From an archaeon (GTDB taxonomy: Archaea > Nanobdellota > Nanobdellia > CSSed11-243R1), in NCBI GenBank assembly GCA_024277205.1, contig JAJRVP010000005.1, positions 2,286 through 66,285 on the forward strand: a stretch of DNA of 64,000 nt. The letters are read 5' to 3'. Under the pieces are notes generated by a model. The model did not search any database, was not told the DNA's origin, and was given only the letters and a program-made list of their open reading frames with translations. The translations under genes and the position numbers were made by a program. Shown in pieces: positions 57,303-64,000 of the stretch (position 1 is the first letter of the stretch; each line of letters starts with the position of its first letter).

Positions 57303-58310
57303 TTAAAAATATTTGCTTAGTCCTGTTTGATTTTTTTTATTTTCTAGAAGTGATTTTATTTGACTCTCAACTCTTTCTTGGCTAAAATCATATTCGTCAA
57401 TAAGAAGCTTCATTAAATTCTCTTTATTTATGTCTCTCCATTCTAATTTGTACTCATCTGTAACATTTGGATTCAAGAACCAATTAAGAATTTCATTAGC
57501 ATCTACATCACATTCCCATTTAACAACATTAAGTATCTTTGACAATTTCTTTTCTTTTTTAACCAATGCTAATGATTTTTTGGGCCCATAACCCCTAACA
57601 CCATCACAATAATCTGTTCCAATTAACATACCAATTATTATCAATTGTTTTTGATTTATGCCAAGGGTTTTAAGATTCTCATTTAAATCAATTATCTGTG
57701 GTTTGATTAATTTGAATACTCGCGTTCTTGGCACTTTTTTCCTCCCAGATATAGAAAGGTTTCTCACTAAGAATTTGCTTCCAAAAAGAAGTGAATCCCA
57801 ATCCTGGGAAGCACACGCCCATAACTCCCCTTTCTTAACCATGTGGGATATCTGGGCTTCACCTTCGCTAGGAGCCATTATATATGGAATGCCAAGTGCG
57901 TCAAGTAATTTATTTGCATCCTCAATCATCTCTGGTGTAAGTTTTGAAATCTGCTGGGCATATTTCATTTTGTCTTCTATTGTTTTGGCTTTTTCAAAAG
58001 CAATTTGTGCTTCATGCTTTCTTTTTTCTCTTTGTTCTAATGTTTTTAATTTAAATTCTGGGGGCTTGCCATCCCAAACATAACAAGGTTTAATATTTTC
58101 TTTGAGCAAATTCATTGTTCTTGTAAAAAGCCCGATTAAATGAGAAGTAACCCTCCCTTTGCTATCTTTTAAAAGTTCTCCTGTTCTCAACCTAATTGTA
58201 GAAAGGAATTGATAAGTCCAATTATATGCGTCGATACCTATTTTCTTATTTGAAAGATACTTAAGGTCAATTTCTTTTGCTTGGATGATATCTTTTAAAT
58301 TTACACCCAT
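57303..58310 (-). CDS. fen: Flap endonuclease 1
   Basis: MGV, DAYN..YQFL, DGKPP, APSEGEAQ, SQDWD, GTDY; C-terminal PIP box QTGLSKYF. Confidence 0.97.
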   Translation of the reverse strand: MGVNLKDIIQAKEIDLKYLSNKKIGIDAYNWTYQFLSTIRLRTGELLKDSKGRVTSHLIGLFTRTMNLLKENIKPCYVWDGKPPEFKLKTLEQREKRKHEAQIAFEKAKTIEDKMKYAQQISKLTPEMIEDANKLLDALGIPYIMAPSEGEAQISHMVKKGELWACASQDWDSLLFGSKFLVRNLSISGRKKVPRTRVFKLIKPQIIDLNENLKTLGINQKQLIIIGMLIGTDYCDGVRGYGPKKSLALVKKEKKLSKILNVVKWECDVDANEILNWFLNPNVTDEYKLEWRDINKENLMKLLIDEYDFSQERVESQIKSLLENKKNQTGLSKYF

Positions 58311-58357
58311 ATCTCTATTTTAGTTTAGTAATCTATATAACTTATTCCTTTTTTATT

Positions 58358-59260
58358 TTGGATATGGTCTTGGAAAGCATTGTAAGTCCAATTGGTGTTA
58401 GAAAAAACCCGAAAAGTGCATTTTTGCTTGGAGTAATATATGCTGCGATTGCCATTATATTAGCATATTTTATATTTCCCAGTGACCCAAGCATATCTAT
58501 AATATTTTTAACAACTCTTGCTGCACTTCCTTTACTAATTGATGTTTTAATTGCTGAAGAAGAAGAAGGAATGGATTTTCTTAAAAAATTCAAAAAAATG
58601 CCCTTGATTAAAACGCATTTAGATGTTTTCATGGTATTTGCATATATGTTCTTTGGATTTCTTGTTTGTTTTATTGTGGTGTATATATTCATGCCAATGG
58701 ATACTGTTACTCTCTTTTTTTCAAAACAAATACAAACAATCCAATCTATACTTGGTCCGAGTGGTTTTTCAACAACAACAGGAAATATGGTTATCCAAGG
58801 TGCGGCATTTTCAGCAGAAGAAAGTTTGAGAATAATCATGGTTAATAACTTCAAAGTTTTGCTTTTTTCTTTGCTCTTTTCATTTCTTTATGGTGCTGGT
58901 GCAATATTTGTGCTTGCTTGGAACTCGAGTGTGCTTGCTGTTGCTATGGGAAACTTTATCAAAAGAGAGCTTGCTGCATTTGGAGAACTAACTGGTCTGG
59001 GTGGTGTTGGTGCATATTTTAAAGCAGGTTCTCTTGGGGTGGCAAGGTATATGATACATGGTTTACCTGAAATAGGCGCGTATTTCTTGGGAGCCATTGC
59101 AGGAGGCATCATTTCTGCTGCTGTTGTAAAATCAGATTATAATGACCCAAGATTTTATGAAATTGTTTTAGATTCTTTCGACTTAATTGCACTTGCAGCT
59201 TTACTTTTAATCATTGGTGCACTTTTAGAGGTTGGAGTTACCCCATTGATAATAAGGTAA
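58358..59260 (+). CDS. SpoIIM/DUF95-family membrane protein
   Basis: NN.KV, WNSS, HGLPE, LE motifs. Confidence 0.8.
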   Translation: MDMVLESIVSPIGVRKNPKSAFLLGVIYAAIAIILAYFIFPSDPSISIIFLTTLAALPLLIDVLIAEEEEGMDFLKKFKKMPLIKTHLDVFMVFAYMFFGFLVCFIVVYIFMPMDTVTLFFSKQIQTIQSILGPSGFSTTTGNMVIQGAAFSAEESLRIIMVNNFKVLLFSLLFSFLYGAGAIFVLAWNSSVLAVAMGNFIKRELAAFGELTGLGGVGAYFKAGSLGVARYMIHGLPEIGAYFLGAIAGGIISAAVVKSDYNDPRFYEIVLDSFDLIALAALLLIIGALLEVGVTPLIIR

Positions 59261-59290
59261 TTTTTTAAATGAATAAGGTGAGTTTATTAT

Positions 59291-61891
59291 ATGGCTGAAG
59301 AAGAAAATGAGATTGTTGAAAAAAACACCAAAGAAGAAATTGAAATTGATTTCAATAAAATCGCCTCATTTTTTAAAAATAATCAGCGTATTCTTATTTA
59401 TTTGATTTTGATTCTTTTGTTGATTGGTGGAGCATATTCGAGAACTCGGAATGTTTCAAATTTAGAAGGCAAATATCTTGTCAGTCCAGATGACCCCTAT
59501 GTCTTTTTAAGATATTCAACGTATGTAGCTGAAAATGGAAAACTTCCTGCAAATGACACTCTAAGGTATTACCCGGATGGTTTTGATGCTACTCGGGAAA
59601 ATGCGTTTATGGCATATCTTGCGGGTTATTCATTCAAATTTGCAAGTGCTGTGAACCCGGAGGTTTCAATGTTTGACATTGCTGCTTATTTGCCACCTTT
59701 GCTATTTGTAATTGCTTTAATCTCATTTTTCTTTTTATTAAAAGAAATATTTAATGATGAACTCACTGCTTTGGTTTCGACAGGAATTTTGGCATTTTCG
59801 CCAGCAATTTTATTAAGAACGGTTTCTGGTTTTTTAGAAAAAGAACCAATCTTCTTGCCATTATTTTTTATATCAATGTACTTTTTTGTAAAAGCATATA
59901 ACCTTTTTTCAGAAAAAAGCTTAACCAAAAAAGATAAAAGAAAAATTTATCTCTTCGCATCCCTTTGTGGAATCTTCACTGGACTTGCTGCTTTTGCATC
60001 AGGACTTTTCTTTTTTATTGTAATCTACATTTCTGTATTTTTAATAGTTGAAGTCTTGTTGCAGAAAATGAATAAAAATAAACTTATTATTTACATTCTT
60101 TGGTTTATTTTTACTCTTGTAGTAACCTCATTAACAACAACAAAATATGGTGGCTTTTTCAGATTTTACAAACCAATTCAGTTTCAATTGCCAATAATCG
60201 CTCTTATTTTTGGATTTGTTTCAGTTGGATTTGATTCAATCAAATGGTTAAGATTAATAAAAGAAAAACTTAGTTTTATCCCAAAAGGTTTGTTATACTC
60301 CTTTATCACATTTTTTATTATCCTACTCGGTGGATTGATAGTACTTGGACCATCTGGATTTGTAGCTAAACTTGGTTTCTTGTGGGAAAAAGTGATGATT
60401 CCTTTTGGCACTACAAAAATGGCTGCAAGTGTAAGTGAGAATCAACCACCTGTATTCCTTGGAAGAGGAAGCAGCTGGTGGAATATTTTTGGGGTTGTAT
60501 TCTTAATGTTTTTCTTGGGAGCAATTGCATTATTTCACAAAGAGTTCAAAAGATTTAGGTATGGAAAATATTTAGTTAGTGTATTTCCATTATTTTCATT
60601 AGCATTGGTTTTTGAAAACTTTTCGCATGAATTAAAACATAGATGGATTACAATTTTATTCTCACAGCAGTGGTTCTTTATGTTATTATTTGGATTAACT
60701 TTCATAATCTTCTTATTTTTAGAACATAAATCTCATGAACATATTGAAAAGATTAATTCAATCAATTTATTAGTCATTGTTTGGTATCTTGTTTCAATTG
60801 TTGCTGCAAATGGGGCGGTTAGATTATTTTTTATAATGGCAACACCTGCTGCAATGCTGGCGGGATATTTTATAAAGTGGTGTAAAGAACAAATTCCTAA
60901 ATTCTCTAACAAAGAAATTTTGCAATATGTACCGCATCTTCTCATCGCAGCCTTTGTAATATTCTCATTTGTTAATGTCTCAAGTGCTGTGGCGCATATG
61001 AAACCTGGTTTGGGTATTTGGTATGAATCAATGAATTGGATAAAAGAAGATACTCCAGAAGATGCTATTTTTACGCATTGGTGGGATTATGGGTACCTAA
61101 TACAAACCATGGCAAACAGAAAAACTGTTGGGGACCCTGGTAATTTCTATAAAGAACGCAACTATGATGTTGGTGGACATGTGTTTAATGCATTTAACAA
61201 TTCAGAAATCTTATGGTTTACAGATAAATACAATTTAACTGACAAAGATGTTTATCTATTGATTCCATCTGAAGACATACTAAAATTTGTTCAGATAGCT
61301 AAATTAGGTAGTTTAAGCGAGGGAACGTCTGGAAGAGAAGTTTATTTCACATTATTTGGAGTTACAGATCCAAAAAAAGACATAATCCCTAATAATCTAA
61401 AGGAATACTCAGAGTATCCAATGTTGATATTATATGAACCCCTAACAGGACAACCACAGATTCTAGAAGATTTTAGAATTGGGAATTATGTTTATTCTGG
61501 TAATAAAACATTTATCCTTAGATATCTCCAACCTGCTTCGCAAAACAAAACAGGACCTTTGCTTGTACAAATTTTTGATGCCACAACTCAAAAAACAAAA
61601 ATTTTCCCTGTAAAATGTATTTGTGAGATTAAAAGAGATTGTTATGATTTAAATGAAACTGGTGTTCCAACTTGTGCTTTAAGAATCCAAGGCGGGATAT
61701 TGAATATCCCCCACAAATCAAAAGATATTTTGTTTACGCAACTTTATTTGCTTGACAAAGAGATTCCTGGTTTTGAAAAAGTTTATGACAATGGACTACC
61801 ATTGGATTTAAGAACTGCTATGGGCAGTGGGCCACTTATAAGAATATATAAATATAATTTTACAGCCCTTAGAGAAAATGAGGGATGGTAA
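59291..61891 (+). CDS. aglB: Oligosaccharyltransferase AglB/STT3
   Basis: DDPY, RYYPDG, G..EKE, SVSE, WWDYG, D.LKF; many TM helices. Confidence 0.93.
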   Translation: MAEEENEIVEKNTKEEIEIDFNKIASFFKNNQRILIYLILILLLIGGAYSRTRNVSNLEGKYLVSPDDPYVFLRYSTYVAENGKLPANDTLRYYPDGFDATRENAFMAYLAGYSFKFASAVNPEVSMFDIAAYLPPLLFVIALISFFFLLKEIFNDELTALVSTGILAFSPAILLRTVSGFLEKEPIFLPLFFISMYFFVKAYNLFSEKSLTKKDKRKIYLFASLCGIFTGLAAFASGLFFFIVIYISVFLIVEVLLQKMNKNKLIIYILWFIFTLVVTSLTTTKYGGFFRFYKPIQFQLPIIALIFGFVSVGFDSIKWLRLIKEKLSFIPKGLLYSFITFFIILLGGLIVLGPSGFVAKLGFLWEKVMIPFGTTKMAASVSENQPPVFLGRGSSWWNIFGVVFLMFFLGAIALFHKEFKRFRYGKYLVSVFPLFSLALVFENFSHELKHRWITILFSQQWFFMLLFGLTFIIFLFLEHKSHEHIEKINSINLLVIVWYLVSIVAANGAVRLFFIMATPAAMLAGYFIKWCKEQIPKFSNKEILQYVPHLLIAAFVIFSFVNVSSAVAHMKPGLGIWYESMNWIKEDTPEDAIFTHWWDYGYLIQTMANRKTVGDPGNFYKERNYDVGGHVFNAFNNSEILWFTDKYNLTDKDVYLLIPSEDILKFVQIAKLGSLSEGTSGREVYFTLFGVTDPKKDIIPNNLKEYSEYPMLILYEPLTGQPQILEDFRIGNYVYSGNKTFILRYLQPASQNKTGPLLVQIFDATTQKTKIFPVKCICEIKRDCYDLNETGVPTCALRIQGGILNIPHKSKDILFTQLYLLDKEIPGFEKVYDNGLPLDLRTAMGSGPLIRIYKYNFTALRENEGW

Positions 61892-62911
61892 ATGTATTTA
61901 TCAGTTATAATCCCATCAATAATTGCTTTTTTTGTAACTTATTTTTCAACTCCTTATTTTATAAAATTATTAAAATTAGAAGGGATTGTAGGATATGACT
62001 TAATGAAAAGAGGAAAACCAAAAATTCCTGAGATGGGTGCGCCACCTGTTCTATTTGGTTTTCTTGGTGGAATTTTTGCTTACATAGCAGCCAAAACATT
62101 TTTAATTGGCTCGATAAATCAAACCCAATTACTACATCTAATGGCCGCAATTACAACATTGATAATAATAACTTTTATTGGAGTTCTAGATGAATTAACC
62201 TGTTTAATAAAAGAAAGGGAAGGCAAAAGTGGTTTTGAATTATTTAAAAGAAAGGGATTAAGCAAGATTGCACAATTCTTACTTCCATTCCCAGCAGCAA
62301 TTCCACTTATGGCAATAAGCGCTGGTGTCTCTATAATGGCAATCCCTTTTTTTGGTGTTGTGGATTTTGGAATTTTATATCCATTAATCATTGTGCCTTT
62401 TGCGATTGTTGGTGCTGCAAATGCAACAAATATGCTTGCTGGTTTTAATGGACTCCAAGCAGGATTAGGTATTGTTCTTTCAATCTTTTTAGGAATTTAT
62501 TCTTATATCAATGGTTCATTTACAGCTGCTCTTCTTGCTTTTGTTTTTGCAGCATCTCTCTTAGCATTTTTAAAATATAATTGGTATCCTGCCAAAATTT
62601 TTCCAGGCGGATTAGATTACTTAGTTGGTGCAGTAATTGCTGTCATTGCAATTGTTGGGAATGTAGAAAAATTTGCATTTTTATGTTTTCTTCCATGGTT
62701 TGTTGAATTATTTTTGAAATTGAGAAGTAAGTTTAAAGCTGAAAATTTTGGAATTCTCCAAAAAGATGGAACATTAAAAGCCCCATATAAAAAAGTTTAT
62801 TCACTAACGCATATTGTTATGAAACTTGGAAAATTCAAAGAATGGCAAGTTAGTTTAATATTAATAACATCTGTTGCAATTTGGTGCACATTTATTTTTT
62901 TGGTGATTTAG
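61892..62911 (+). CDS. MraY/GPT-family polyprenyl-phosphate HexNAc-1-P transferase (AglH-like)
   Basis: PEMG, NATNMLAGFNGL, NWYPAKIFPG, YSLTH. Confidence 0.85.
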   Translation: MYLSVIIPSIIAFFVTYFSTPYFIKLLKLEGIVGYDLMKRGKPKIPEMGAPPVLFGFLGGIFAYIAAKTFLIGSINQTQLLHLMAAITTLIIITFIGVLDELTCLIKEREGKSGFELFKRKGLSKIAQFLLPFPAAIPLMAISAGVSIMAIPFFGVVDFGILYPLIIVPFAIVGAANATNMLAGFNGLQAGLGIVLSIFLGIYSYINGSFTAALLAFVFAASLLAFLKYNWYPAKIFPGGLDYLVGAVIAVIAIVGNVEKFAFLCFLPWFVELFLKLRSKFKAENFGILQKDGTLKAPYKKVYSLTHIVMKLGKFKEWQVSLILITSVAIWCTFIFLVI

Positions 62912-63355
62912 ATGTATGGCATACTTGGTATAATCTTATTATCAATCGCTCCCATAAGCGAACTACGCGGTGCAATCCCTTTTGGCATTTCAATTGGTTT
63001 AAACCCATTATTCATATTTGTCATAAGTGTAGTATTTAATTCTTTAATTTTTTTCCCGATTTATTTTGGATTAAATTTTTTTTATGAACGCCTCTCAAAA
63101 ATTAAATTTATCCATAAAAATATTGAACGTATAAGAAAGAAGGGACATAAAAAAATGGAAAAATATGGGATTTGGGGTTTGATATTTTTTGTTGCAATCC
63201 CATTTCCATTGACTGGTGTTTGGACAGCAAGCATTATCTCTTGGCTTTTTGATTTGGAATGGTGGAAGTCGTTTGGTGTTATTTTTGTAGGGGTTTTAAT
63301 TGCGGGGACAATTGTGATGCTTAGTACATTAGGGGTTATAAATCTGATATGGTGA
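62912..63355 (+). CDS. Small multidrug-export-family membrane protein
   Basis: P.SELRGAIP, FVAIPFPLTGVWT. Confidence 0.85.
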   Translation: MYGILGIILLSIAPISELRGAIPFGISIGLNPLFIFVISVVFNSLIFFPIYFGLNFFYERLSKIKFIHKNIERIRKKGHKKMEKYGIWGLIFFVAIPFPLTGVWTASIISWLFDLEWWKSFGVIFVGVLIAGTIVMLSTLGVINLIW

Positions 63356-63359
63356 AAAA

Positions 63360-63740
63360 ATGGGTGATAAAATGGAATTAATAGTTTTACTTTTGGTTGT
63401 TAGTGCTGCAGTTATGGGTGGCATTGCACAGGTTTTGTTAAAAAAAGGAATGAATGGGGTTGGGAGCATAACATTAACTGAGATGACAAAACAATTTGTT
63501 AGGATAGTGGCAACAAATCCATATGTTTTTTTGGGATTGCTAATTTATGTTATCTCAACTGTGATATACCTTGCAGCACTTTCAAGAGGCGAACTAAGTA
63601 TTTTATACCCAATTATTGCAATTAGCTATATTGTTGCAGCGGTTTTTGCAGTTTTATTTTTAAATGAAAAAATAACTTTGATTAGGTGGGCTGGCATAAT
63701 AACAATTGTTGTTGGTGTTGTAATGGTAGTGTGGAAATAG
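63360..63740 (+). CDS. EamA/DMT-family four-TM transporter (ArnE/F-like)
   Basis: AQVLLKKG, ELSILYP, L.EKI...RW.G. Confidence 0.8.
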   Translation: MGDKMELIVLLLVVSAAVMGGIAQVLLKKGMNGVGSITLTEMTKQFVRIVATNPYVFLGLLIYVISTVIYLAALSRGELSILYPIIAISYIVAAVFAVLFLNEKITLIRWAGIITIVVGVVMVVWK

Positions 63741-64000
63741 TCATTTTGTTGAGTCAATTGTTGTCCAAATTTGGGCGATATCCTTTTTCTTTATGTTTAA
63801 ATTCCACCATGCAAGAATCCATGCAAGAATCCTAAAGAAAAGCAATTCTAAAAACCAAATTTTTTCTTTGATGCTTTTTGCAAACTTAAATCCATCAAGA
63901 ACATATTTGCTTTCATTTGATAAACTTCTTACTGGATTAATCTTAAACATTTTTTTAAATTGATAAAATCCTGCCATTGTTCTTATCTTTTGAGCAAAAT
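63741..64000 (-). CDS. 3' end of a gene entering from the right edge, possibly a family 2 glycosyltransferase
   Basis: Frame is open to the window edge; ends WTTIDSTK; glycosylation-gene context. Confidence 0.45.
   Translation of the reverse strand, partial: FAQKIRTMAGFYQFKKMFKINPVRSLSNESKYVLDGFKFAKSIKEKIWFLELLFFRILAWILAWWNLNIKKKDIAQIWTTIDSTK

Noticed and set aside
1984-62391. Numerous 60-200-aa antisense or off-frame ORFs nested in long genes
   Set aside because: Shadows of well-supported CDSs, with no SD or motif support.

Overview
AT-rich archaeal chromosome segment. Gene content and compact overlapping genes with GGTGA/GGTGG ribosome-binding sites suggest a DPANN-type archaeon, but this is an inference. 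Left end: leuS (5' end cut by the window), dcd, a short alaS, an orphan Cys-rich pilin, and the ftsZ-secE-spt5-rpl11-rpl1-rpl10-rpl12 cluster. The rpl1 leader contains a circularly permuted uL1-binding-site mimic that covers the Shine-Dalgarno sequence. The dominant feature is a ~23.3 kb minus-strand type IV filament locus (10771-34061). It holds an assembly ATPase, a TadB/C-type membrane platform, 20 class III signal-peptide (pilin-like) genes including six K[AS]QG[LM]P paralogues, and two large Sec-exported Cys-rich proteins, with PKD, discoidin, DUF2341 and cystine-knot-like modules across the locus. Next come divergent coiled-coil genes, three paralogous membrane proteins and several ORFans. 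The right half has a C/D-box sRNA, cysS, and a tRNA-Cys(GCA) with two introns, the first holding a C/D K-turn and a guide complementary to the tRNA itself. It also has thioredoxin-fold proteins, a sulfur-relay/tRNA-thiolation neighbourhood (degenerate ThiI, SufS, stand-alone IscS C-terminal fragment, IscU, bacterial-type MnmA), pcm, a RimK/RimK-like/aspartyl protease trio, fen1, aglB and an aglH-like gene. No CRISPR array, transposase, integrase or rRNA was seen. All product calls rest on motif recognition by eye; no searches were run.
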